From NCBI GenBank assembly GCA_964522355.1, contig CAZFVT010000001.1, positions 1-43,977 of the forward strand: DNA of 43,977 nucleotides, read 5' to 3'. The stretch is from an uncultured Woeseiaceae bacterium (GTDB lineage Bacteria > Pseudomonadota > Gammaproteobacteria > Steroidobacterales > Woeseiaceae). This document shows positions 1 through 8,084 of this stretch, in pieces; position 1 is the first letter of the stretch, and every line of letters starts with the position of its first letter. Both the position numbers and the translations under genes were made by a program. The notes beneath the pieces were generated by a model, which saw nothing but the letters and a program-made list of their open reading frames with translations, was not told where the DNA came from and did no database searches.

Positions 1-1
1 T

Positions 2-325
2 GGCAGCGCCCGCATCGACCCTCGCCTGCTGCGCAGGCGCGAGTTTGCGACCGACGCTCGCGAGTTCAGCTATATCGATGTCGACGATAGCAGCGATTCC
101 CTCGCGCTCGCTGCCGGCAGCATCGCGTTTACCTGGTGCCAAGTGCCTTTCGTTTACTCGCTCGGCGACGATGCCGAGGTGACGGTAACTTACGACGACG
201 GCAGCCAGACCTCAGACGGCTCGCTGGCGCTACCCGCCGAGATCTGCCCGGATATCTTCACGCGCAGCGGACGCGTCCGTCGCGTTGAGGTTCGCATTCC
301 CGCGGGCCTTCTATTGACCGACTAA
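2..325 (+). CDS. 3' end of an unidentified gene that starts upstream of the window
   Basis: Frame 2 is open from the window edge to TAA at 323-325. It ends 19 nt before the GH17 start, so it is probably in the same operon. No recognisable motif in the 107 visible residues. Confidence 0.4.
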   Translation, partial: GSARIDPRLLRRREFATDAREFSYIDVDDSSDSLALAAGSIAFTWCQVPFVYSLGDDAEVTVTYDDGSQTSDGSLALPAEICPDIFTRSGRVRRVEVRIPAGLLLTD

Positions 326-344
326 AAAGATAAAAGGATTCGTC

Positions 345-1232
345 ATGTCCAATTTCTATCAGCGGCGCCTGTCGCTCGCCGGTATCGACGTTTCGGGAAT
401 GTCTCTCGAAGACCTGAAGGCACTTGTTCGCAAGATGCTGGAAGACAAGATCCATGGCATCTCGTTCAGCCCCTATACCGAAGGCCAGGGCCCCGGCACC
501 CAAGTCCAGGCAGACCAGATCAACAGCCGGCTGGACATCATCAAACCCTACACCCAGTGGATTCGTACCTTCTCCTGCAGCGAAGGCAACGAACTGATGC
601 CGGCCATCGCCAAGGAATCCGGCCTCAAGACGCTGGTTGGCGTGTGGCTTGACGCCGACAAGGAGCAAAACGAAATCGAGCTTGCCAATGCCATTGAGAT
701 TGCGCAGGCCGGGCATGCCGACATCCTTGGCGTTGGCAATGAGGTACTGCTCCGCGGCGACCTGACGGAAGACGAGATTCTTGAGTACATCGCCCGCGCC
801 AAGGAAGGAGCCCCGGGTGTTCCCGTCGGCTACGTCGATGCTTACTTCGAGTTCAACGACCACCCGCGCATCGCCGATGCCTGCGACGTTATTCTCGCCA
901 ACTGCTACCCCTTCTGGGAGGGCTGCCCGGCCGAGCACGCGCTTCTCTATATGAAAGAGATGTATCGGCGAGCGCAGCACGCGGGCAACGGCAAGAAGGT
1001 CATCATCAGTGAGACGGGCTGGCCGAACATCGGAACGGCGGAGCGCGGCGCGGTGCCCTCGGAGGTAAACGCGATCAAGTACTTTATCGACACCTACCGG
1101 TGGGCCGAGGAAGAGGGCATAGAGATCTTCTGGTTCTCGTCCTTCGACGAGGCCTGGAAGGTCGATGCAGAAGGCGATGTCGGCGCTTACTGGGGTCTGT
1201 GGGATAAAGACGGCGTGCCCAAGTACTTCTAG
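345..1232 (+). CDS. Glycoside hydrolase family 17 (beta-1,3-glucanase or glucanosyltransferase), no signal peptide
   Basis: ATG with AAAGGA about 8 nt upstream. Clan GH-A/GH17-type motifs LGVGNEVLL (acid/base NE) and VIISETGWP (nucleophile E). The N-terminus MSNFYQRRLSLAGIDV has no hydrophobic leader. Confidence 0.85.
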   Translation: MSNFYQRRLSLAGIDVSGMSLEDLKALVRKMLEDKIHGISFSPYTEGQGPGTQVQADQINSRLDIIKPYTQWIRTFSCSEGNELMPAIAKESGLKTLVGVWLDADKEQNEIELANAIEIAQAGHADILGVGNEVLLRGDLTEDEILEYIARAKEGAPGVPVGYVDAYFEFNDHPRIADACDVILANCYPFWEGCPAEHALLYMKEMYRRAQHAGNGKKVIISETGWPNIGTAERGAVPSEVNAIKYFIDTYRWAEEEGIEIFWFSSFDEAWKVDAEGDVGAYWGLWDKDGVPKYF

Positions 1233-1282
1233 GCACCTGTCGCTTTATTCACCCGCGACTCATCACAATAGAGACCAAGGCT

Positions 1283-2209
1283 ATGGAATTCCAGCACGGC
1301 AACGCCATCTGCTATTCAGGCTACCGCGAAGGCCAGAGCCCGATTGACGGCACTTATCCAACGCGCGACCAGATCCGGGAAGACCTGCTGATCCTTCAGG
1401 GTCACTGGCAGTATCTGCGGCTTTACGACTGCAGTCCTCACGCGCAGATGGTGCTCGAGATCATCCAGACCGAAGGGCTCAACTTCAAAGTCATGCTCGG
1501 TCTCGATATGGCCGCTGAGATGAGTAACCCACATTGCCCGTGGGGAGCGGATTTCAGCGACGACGTGCTCTACGCGAATCGCGAGAAGAATGGGCGAGAG
1601 GCGAAGCGGCTGACGGAGCTCGCCAATGAATTTGCCGACGTCGTTTTCTCCGTGTCGGTTGGCAATGAGGCCAGCGTCGAGTGGACCGACCACATGGTTC
1701 CGGTCGAGAGCCTGATCGGTTACGTGCACGACGTGCGAAAGGCAATTGATCAGCCAATCACCTTCTGCGAGAACTACGTCCCCTGGACCTACAAGCTGGC
1801 GCCGTTGGCGGACGAGCTGGACTTCATCGCCATTCACACCTACCCCGCCTGGGAATACCGCTCCATTGAAGATGCATTGGAGTTCACCAAGGAAAACTAC
1901 CAGTCGGTGGTCGATCATTATCCGGGCAAGCCGGTCGTCATCACCGAAGCAGGCTGGACGACCGCGGCCAACGGTCGTGGCATAGAGCCGCACAATGCGT
2001 CGCAGGAGCTGCAGGCCGCCTATTATGAGCAGCTCATGGAGTGGTCAAACGCCGAGAAGATCCTGACCTTCGTGTTCGAAGCTTTTGACGAGCCGTGGAA
2101 AGGTTCACCCGACCCATTGGAACCCGAGAAGCACTGGGGACTGTTCGATGTCCATCGCAAACCCAAGCTGGTGATGCGCGATCGCTTCCGTAATCTCGCA
2201 AGCGCCTGA
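1283..2209 (+). CDS. Second GH17-like glycoside hydrolase, no signal peptide
   Basis: Same motif layout as the upstream paralog: SVSVGNEASVEW and VVITEAGWTT, with a C-terminal EKHWGLFD. Leaderless N-terminus MEFQHGNAICYSGY. 50-nt gap from the previous gene. Confidence 0.75.
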   Translation: MEFQHGNAICYSGYREGQSPIDGTYPTRDQIREDLLILQGHWQYLRLYDCSPHAQMVLEIIQTEGLNFKVMLGLDMAAEMSNPHCPWGADFSDDVLYANREKNGREAKRLTELANEFADVVFSVSVGNEASVEWTDHMVPVESLIGYVHDVRKAIDQPITFCENYVPWTYKLAPLADELDFIAIHTYPAWEYRSIEDALEFTKENYQSVVDHYPGKPVVITEAGWTTAANGRGIEPHNASQELQAAYYEQLMEWSNAEKILTFVFEAFDEPWKGSPDPLEPEKHWGLFDVHRKPKLVMRDRFRNLASA

Positions 2210-2227
2210 GTTCGCCCGGACAGTCCG

Positions 2228-4051
2228 CTACTCGATGAAGCGTATGCTGTCGAGGTAGAAGGTCACGGGCGTCCGCCCGGCCACCGTCGTTACGACAAAG
2301 CCAGTTTTGATCGACGACAGGTCCTTGCCCCTGAGTGAAATCTCGTAGCGGGTCCACTCGTTGCTCAGCACGATGTTGTCTTCTTTGGCAATCGCCGAAT
2401 CGGAATAGTCGTTCGACTCATCGAGGAGACCGACTCCAAAGCTCACACGCTCGCCGCCGTACTGACCTCGTGCCCACAGCTCCAGCGCGCGTGCCTTGCC
2501 GAGATCGTAGCCCCCGTCCTGTTCTCCCCAGTTGTTGGGCGGGTTCTGCCAGGCAACGCCGACCCAGCCTGCCCGGCCCTCGTAGCGCATGCGAATGCTC
2601 CGATCGCCTTCGTAGACCTGCTCGGCGGAATCGCCGTCAACCGTCAGGTTGCCGGTATCACCCATCCAACCGGAGGGTGTCCAGGGCATGAAGTCGAAGC
2701 CGTCCTCGTAGACCGGGAACGGCAGCCTGGTCGTCACCTCTCCCTTCACGAGCAGTGGCAGGTTGGCCGTGCCGGCATTGCCGTCTTCATCGTAGACGTA
2801 ATAGAACAATCGATAGGGCCCGGGATAGCTCGGCAGCCGAACGGAAACTCCCGTCACGTCAGACTCCAGAATCGCACTCTCGATGTCTGGCATGTCGGGG
2901 CGGTAGTCGCCGCCCTGCGGAATATCAGGCGTTTCCGGCCGCAGTGCCCAGCGAGCCGTCAGCGCACCGCCCTCAGGGTCCGACGCCGTCGCAGACACGG
3001 TTATCTCATCACCCGGCTCAAGCTCAACCGGGCCTTCGTAGGTTAGCGGTTCGACGGCCGGTGCACGATTCGCGGGTGCCGTGCCGCTCCACAGCTCGGT
3101 CATGGTGTCGACGGCGGCGAGCCTGGCCCCATCTTTAAGGAACATGCCGAACCAGGTTTCCGTGACCTCCATCTTGTTGCCCCACAGGAAGGCGTAGCTT
3201 CCGAGGGCGACGTCGCTAGCCTCGAGAATGCCCTTCTCGTAGCTTTGACGATAGAAGTCGGCCTTCTGGCTGCTGGTGCCTTCGTAGGCAGCACCCCAGG
3301 CGGTCTCGCCGACTTCCCAGAACCCCAGCGGTCCGAACTCGCCAAGAATAAAGGGCTTTGTTGCGCCGCCGTCTCGCAGGAACTGCGGAACGACACCGGC
3401 GCCGCCGTACGCGTTCACTCCATGAATATCGATCGCCGGCGATTTGTGATGCAGATATTCGATCCGGCCGCCGTGAACGAAGGTCGTTACGCTCATGGTC
3501 GGATGGTTCGGGTCGACCTCCTTGACCATCGCCGCGATGTCGTTGACCGCTTGCCAGATGGCCGGGTCGTCACCGTCCTCAAAGCCCTCCATCTCATTGC
3601 CGATGCCCCACAGGAGCAACGCCGGGTGGTCCTTGTAGCGCAGCACAATGTCGCGCGCACGATTGAACTGGGTCTCAACCTGCTCAGGGTCGTTGTAGTC
3701 GAAGCCGTGACGTTCGTGGCCGAGCCAGATGCCGACCGTTACTGTCAGACCCAGCGCATGCGCCTCATCCAGGATTACGCCGACGTCTTCGTTGCCCCTT
3801 ACGTTCTCGGCGTCCCAGGTACGAACGGAGTTGCCACCGGCAGCGGCGAGTGCTTCAAGCGAGTGGTCGCCACCGGCCCCGCGAATGAAATAAGGCTCTC
3901 CGCCGCGGAAGAGCTGCCAGCCCTCGTCGGTTTTGCGGAGCTCTACAGGTACCGCCTCGGCCATAACCAACCCGGATGAAAAAAAAGGCCCTGCTAGAAG
4001 CAGGGCCTTCAGAATTACGAGACTCTTGTAACGACCAAAGAGTCTCCTCAT
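2228..4051 (-). CDS. Secreted clan GH-A-like glycoside hydrolase (TIM barrel) with an Ig-like middle domain and a C-terminal CBM-like beta-sandwich; CAZy family not assignable by eye
   Basis: Sec leader MRRLFGRYKSLVILKALLLAGPFFSSGLVMA/EA. NE pair in WGIGNEMEG (codons at 3593-3598) and candidate nucleophile in FILGEFGP (E at 3338-3340). The C-terminal 150 aa are rich in W, G and aromatics, like a carbohydrate-binding module. The ATG overlaps the stop of the upstream gene (ATGA at 4048-4051). Confidence 0.8.
   Translation of the reverse strand: MRRLFGRYKSLVILKALLLAGPFFSSGLVMAEAVPVELRKTDEGWQLFRGGEPYFIRGAGGDHSLEALAAAGGNSVRTWDAENVRGNEDVGVILDEAHALGLTVTVGIWLGHERHGFDYNDPEQVETQFNRARDIVLRYKDHPALLLWGIGNEMEGFEDGDDPAIWQAVNDIAAMVKEVDPNHPTMSVTTFVHGGRIEYLHHKSPAIDIHGVNAYGGAGVVPQFLRDGGATKPFILGEFGPLGFWEVGETAWGAAYEGTSSQKADFYRQSYEKGILEASDVALGSYAFLWGNKMEVTETWFGMFLKDGARLAAVDTMTELWSGTAPANRAPAVEPLTYEGPVELEPGDEITVSATASDPEGGALTARWALRPETPDIPQGGDYRPDMPDIESAILESDVTGVSVRLPSYPGPYRLFYYVYDEDGNAGTANLPLLVKGEVTTRLPFPVYEDGFDFMPWTPSGWMGDTGNLTVDGDSAEQVYEGDRSIRMRYEGRAGWVGVAWQNPPNNWGEQDGGYDLGKARALELWARGQYGGERVSFGVGLLDESNDYSDSAIAKEDNIVLSNEWTRYEISLRGKDLSSIKTGFVVTTVAGRTPVTFYLDSIRFIE
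3979..4009 (-). terminator. Intrinsic-terminator-like hairpin plus U8 tract, embedded in the signal-peptide codons of the 2228-4051 gene
   Basis: The minus-strand RNA reads AAGGCCCUGC-UUCUA-GCAGGGCCUU followed by UUUUUU(UU). The stem is 3985-4009 and the A-run on the + strand is 3979-3986. This is the only 8-nt homopolymer A/T run I found in the window. Confidence 0.45.
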
Positions 4052-4806
4052 AACTCGATGACCGAAACCACACCGTCGTTGAACAGCGGCGGGGTGGCCG
4101 GGAGGTAGTTGTATCCCCAGTCCAGTAACAGGCTCAGCACCAGGATTCGATCACCTTCGACGAGCGGCAGGAAACCGGTAGCTTCAGGTCGATAGAGATT
4201 ATCCGCGGTCAGCTGGTTGAGGCTGACGGGAAAGGGTACCGGCTCTCCATCCGGGCTGGATGCCGGACAGCAGGTGAAGACCGTCGCCGAACTGAAGAAG
4301 TTATCGAGAACAGACTGGTACGCCCTGAGCGCCTGCTCACGAATCAGCTCATCCTTGCTAAGCACGTTGCTGTTGGCGTCGAACAACTCGTGGAGTGCCA
4401 GCGCGGTGTAGAACTGATTCTCACCGGACTGTCTGCGTGCCAGTGCCGTTGCCCAGAAGTAGAAGCGCGCCTTGGCGCCCTGCGGTCCCGCCGGGATGGA
4501 GTTAAAGAGCTCGAACTTGTTCTCAGCGCCCGGGTTGTTCGGGTCAAACTCGCTGATTGGCGTGTTGGCGAACGGGTTTTCCGGATCTTCCAGAACGCAG
4601 GTTTCGTTGTAGATGCCTACGTCCGCGCAGTAGAGACCGAGTACGACGTCGGTCGGCAGGATGACCTGGTTGATGATCGTGCCGTCCGTTTCGTCGCGTT
4701 CCCCGTTGTTCTCACAACCGCTAATGCCCAGAACTGCCACCAGGACGATCGCAAGGAATCCCCTGGCGGAAGCCGACTGAGCCGTGAATCGATTAACGTT
4801 TTTCAT
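4048..4806 (-). CDS. Lipoprotein of unknown function, predicted mostly helical, encoded directly after the GH-barrel gene
   Basis: Start chosen at MKNVNRF (ATG 4804-4806; the ORF track starts at 4830). Lipobox VLGISG-C. No catalytic motif recognised. The stop overlaps the next start (ATGA). Confidence 0.7.
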   Translation of the reverse strand: MKNVNRFTAQSASARGFLAIVLVAVLGISGCENNGERDETDGTIINQVILPTDVVLGLYCADVGIYNETCVLEDPENPFANTPISEFDPNNPGAENKFELFNSIPAGPQGAKARFYFWATALARRQSGENQFYTALALHELFDANSNVLSKDELIREQALRAYQSVLDNFFSSATVFTCCPASSPDGEPVPFPVSLNQLTADNLYRPEATGFLPLVEGDRILVLSLLLDWGYNYLPATPPLFNDGVVSVIEL

Positions 4807-4840
4807 GATTGCATAACCTCGGCAAAGCAAGCTTCAAAGC

Positions 4841-7800
4841 TTAGAAGTTGTAAGTGAAGTAACCAAGAACCAGGAACGAGTAGTCGTTCTGGCCGTCGAG
4901 GAATTCCTCGTCCGGCGAGTTCTCGTCGCTGGTGCGGAAGGTCGTTCGAATGCCAATCCTGGTTGCCGTCTGCTCGGCAATAGCGTTCGACACCGCACCG
5001 AAACCTGCGCCCAGCCACATGGAGTAGTCCAGCTGGATCTGTTCCGGGAAGGTGATGTTGAACTGCCGGAAGAAGTCATAAGGACCAAATCCATCCTTCC
5101 GGAAGTAGCCGGTCAGCGTGTGCTTGCCGTTACCCCAGATAGCACGACCGCTGAGGTTCCAGAACTTGCGCGTGCCGCCGTTCGGATCACCAGTCGACTG
5201 CTGGAATCCGCGCTCAACCCGGAGGATGTAGCGGTTCTTGTTCGAGGTGTTCCAGATTGCCCGGCTCGATAGTGACCAAACGTCTTCAGCCGGGAGGCCC
5301 TGGCCGAACGGCGCGTTGGCACCCGCCGGCTCGAAGAAGAACAGCTCGGAGTCCGTCTGGGTCGGGAATTCGGTGTAGGTGCCGCCGAAGTTGAACGCGA
5401 AGCTCGCGTCCTCACGCCAGTCGTTGTCCCAGTCGTAGAACGGCGTTGCGCCGGTCGGATCCCAGGTGAAGTAGATCTCGGCCGAACGTGCTTCGCGGTT
5501 GCCGAGAACGGCGAACGGGTCGTCGTCTCGGTTACGCGGGCTGATGCCGGGATTCAGGACGCCATCGACAATCTCAGGCTCGATAAACGGATTGGCGTGT
5601 ACCAGGTTGTCGCGATACATGATGCGCGGGAAGATCATCCAGTTGCCCAGGAAGATCTGCGAGCCCAGCTGATATTCGACGCGGTTACCCAGTGCGCTGT
5701 AGGGCAGTCGGCTCGGATCGGTCACACCGTAGGTCGGGATAGCCGCAACGGCTTCCGATACCAGGCCGGCGTAGGTGCCTTCGAGGTAGGTCTGCGTTCC
5801 CATGAACGGGAACGACAGGCGGCCTTTAAACGACAGCGTGTCTTCGAAATCGATCTGGTCGATGAAGATGTTGCCCTGCCTGTCGACACGGTCGAAGGTC
5901 TCGTCGATACGCTCCGGTGCCGAAACCATGGCGCCGAACTCCAGCTCCATGCCGTTAGAGAACTCCTTGGCGCCTGCCAGGGTGGTCTGCCTGGACTGGC
6001 GAACCGTCGCCTGGGTGAAGTTTGCACCCTGACCGAGTCGCGCGACGTCTTCCGAGTGGATGAAGGTCCAGTCGATGCTACCCAGGTTGAAGTCATACTT
6101 GACGATGAACTTCGGGTTGGCACCCCAGTAGACCTCCGGGCCGACAACAACCTTGAGGTTGCTCCACTTGCCCTTGCCGGCAAATTCGATGCCCTGCGGC
6201 GCCTTGGCGTCCCAGATGTCGATGCCGACGATATCGGTGGCTTCGGCAACGAGGCCGAAGAAGTCACCCTCATACTTCCAGTGGAATCGTGGCGTGTGGT
6301 AGAACGCCGTCGCATCGAAGTTCTCACCTTCGTAGGTCGCCTCGAAGTCGTAAATTTCGACTCGCTCGCGGTCGCTGAAGGTTACCGTCTCTTCCTGTAC
6401 CTCGACGAGACCACCGAAGAAGTTGTTCACGGTCTCGGCCTGGATGGTCAACGGCAGGCCGCGGTCACCGTAGTTGAACTCCAGTGGACGCTTGCGAGCG
6501 ACGTTGCCCAGCAGGTTGACCGTGAACTGTCCGGAGAGGTTCTCGGTCGGGTTGAAACCGAAATCGAGGAAGACCATCTGGCCGTCGGAGAATTCGACGC
6601 CGTCTTCACCCAGCTCGGTAACCTCCTGCTCGCGACCGCGGAGGGCGAACTCACCCTGGAAGCGACCGCCGGTGAACTGCAGCTTCTTGCTGGCTTCGTA
6701 GTTTTCACTTTTCAGCTTGTCGACTTCACCGCGCAGCTCGAGGAACTCGAGATTCATGTCGGCGAAGGCAGCGTTGATCTGGCCTTTGCTGGAGCCGTAG
6801 GGATCGATGGCAAACGCCTCAGACAGCACGTGATAAGCCATACGCGGGCGGGCGATGGACACGCCTTCGGCGTTCGTCGGACCGAGGGCCACAACTCCGA
6901 ACCACTCTTCGTTCATGTTGTTCTGGCCGGGAGCCCAGTCGAACAGATAGGCCTGGTTGGACCAGGAGGCGTTGGTGTCCTGGGTCTCGAGGTTCTCGGT
7001 CTGCAGGTACTTCCACCACTCATCGCGCCATTCAAAGACGAAGGCGCCAATCGCGTTACCTTCCTCGCCGTTGCCCCAGGCCTTGTTATACATCTCCTGC
7101 CACTGGTCCTTGAGGATCAGTGCCTGGGAAACCTGGTCTTCCTGGAACTCGCGGGCGTTGAAGGCATCGCTGCCGAACTCGAAGAACGCGACCGGCAGGT
7201 CCAGCTTCTCATCAACGGTCGCCCAGAGGTCCGTGAAGCTCGGTCCGCGGTAGACGTTGCTGCCAAGAATATCGAGCGAGGGCATTAGCTCAGCGATCAG
7301 ATCGATGTACTGAACGTCACCGTTAACGATCGTGAACAGGTGATCGGGTGCAATGGACTTGCCTTCCTGGATGACCTCTTCGAACAGGCTGTACAGGAAG
7401 CGTGCCTTGGCCGTGTTCTGCTCGCCTTCCGGCAGGTTTTCGATCTCGAAGCTGGACCAGGACAGGCCGTAGTTACTTTCGTTACCGAAGGCAAACATGA
7501 TTACCCCGGGCGTGTCCTTGTAGCGGCGGACGAAGTCGCCCATGTCGCGCTTCAGGATTTCGCGGGTTGTCGGGTCCGAATAGTCGGTGAACGGCACCCA
7601 CTTGCCGTTAATCGTGTAGCCGTAGCGACCCATCAGCGGGTTGATCACCGACATGATGCCGTATTCGCGATAGATGTATTCCACCCACTGCGGCGGGATC
7701 ATCGTGAAGCTACGAATCGTATTGACGCCGGCGTCGCGCAGCAGGCTGAAGTCGTAGTCCAGGATGGCGCGAATCTGCTCGTCACTCTGGCCAAACAGGT

Positions 7801-8014
7801 TGTAGGTGTAAGTCTGCCCGCGCGGCGAGTAGCTCCACACCATGCCCTTCATGAAATAGTCCTCGCCGTCGACCTGCAAACGCCAGCCCTGGTCATCTTT
7901 GACGGTCTTGACGTCGTGATACTGCGCGTGGACTGCCGGGGCACTCAAAAACAGCATGAGCGCGAGAAGTCCCCCGACTTCTTTCATTCTCGCGATTGCC
8001 CGTGATTTCGCCAT
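4841..8014 (-). CDS. Fusion protein: N-terminal clan GH-A-like TIM-barrel domain plus a C-terminal ~600-aa outer-membrane beta-barrel-like region, with no TonB plug
   Basis: Start chosen at MAKSRAIARMKEVGG (8014; the ORF track starts at 8068; 7987 is also possible). Sec leader ends AVHA/QY. NE in FAFGNESNYG (7478-7483) and FEFG (E at 7178-7180) parallel the 2228-4051 enzyme. The C-terminal part shows alternating aromatic/hydrophilic strands and ends LVLGYFTYNF, a terminal Phe typical of OMPs. Confidence 0.8.
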   Translation of the reverse strand: MAKSRAIARMKEVGGLLALMLFLSAPAVHAQYHDVKTVKDDQGWRLQVDGEDYFMKGMVWSYSPRGQTYTYNLFGQSDEQIRAILDYDFSLLRDAGVNTIRSFTMIPPQWVEYIYREYGIMSVINPLMGRYGYTINGKWVPFTDYSDPTTREILKRDMGDFVRRYKDTPGVIMFAFGNESNYGLSWSSFEIENLPEGEQNTAKARFLYSLFEEVIQEGKSIAPDHLFTIVNGDVQYIDLIAELMPSLDILGSNVYRGPSFTDLWATVDEKLDLPVAFFEFGSDAFNAREFQEDQVSQALILKDQWQEMYNKAWGNGEEGNAIGAFVFEWRDEWWKYLQTENLETQDTNASWSNQAYLFDWAPGQNNMNEEWFGVVALGPTNAEGVSIARPRMAYHVLSEAFAIDPYGSSKGQINAAFADMNLEFLELRGEVDKLKSENYEASKKLQFTGGRFQGEFALRGREQEVTELGEDGVEFSDGQMVFLDFGFNPTENLSGQFTVNLLGNVARKRPLEFNYGDRGLPLTIQAETVNNFFGGLVEVQEETVTFSDRERVEIYDFEATYEGENFDATAFYHTPRFHWKYEGDFFGLVAEATDIVGIDIWDAKAPQGIEFAGKGKWSNLKVVVGPEVYWGANPKFIVKYDFNLGSIDWTFIHSEDVARLGQGANFTQATVRQSRQTTLAGAKEFSNGMELEFGAMVSAPERIDETFDRVDRQGNIFIDQIDFEDTLSFKGRLSFPFMGTQTYLEGTYAGLVSEAVAAIPTYGVTDPSRLPYSALGNRVEYQLGSQIFLGNWMIFPRIMYRDNLVHANPFIEPEIVDGVLNPGISPRNRDDDPFAVLGNREARSAEIYFTWDPTGATPFYDWDNDWREDASFAFNFGGTYTEFPTQTDSELFFFEPAGANAPFGQGLPAEDVWSLSSRAIWNTSNKNRYILRVERGFQQSTGDPNGGTRKFWNLSGRAIWGNGKHTLTGYFRKDGFGPYDFFRQFNITFPEQIQLDYSMWLGAGFGAVSNAIAEQTATRIGIRTTFRTSDENSPDEEFLDGQNDYSFLVLGYFTYNF

Positions 8015-8084
8015 AGCGACTACTCTTTTATGGAGTTGATTGTTGTGTTTGTCATTGGTTGCGCACATGTCTTCATCGCCCCCG

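Noticed and set aside
5597-7288. 563-aa ORF on the + strand
   Set aside because: It is entirely antisense to the well-supported GH-barrel gene. Its composition is Arg/Val/Gly/Leu-rich and low in complexity, which is typical of shadow ORFs in GC-rich DNA. No motif or RBS.
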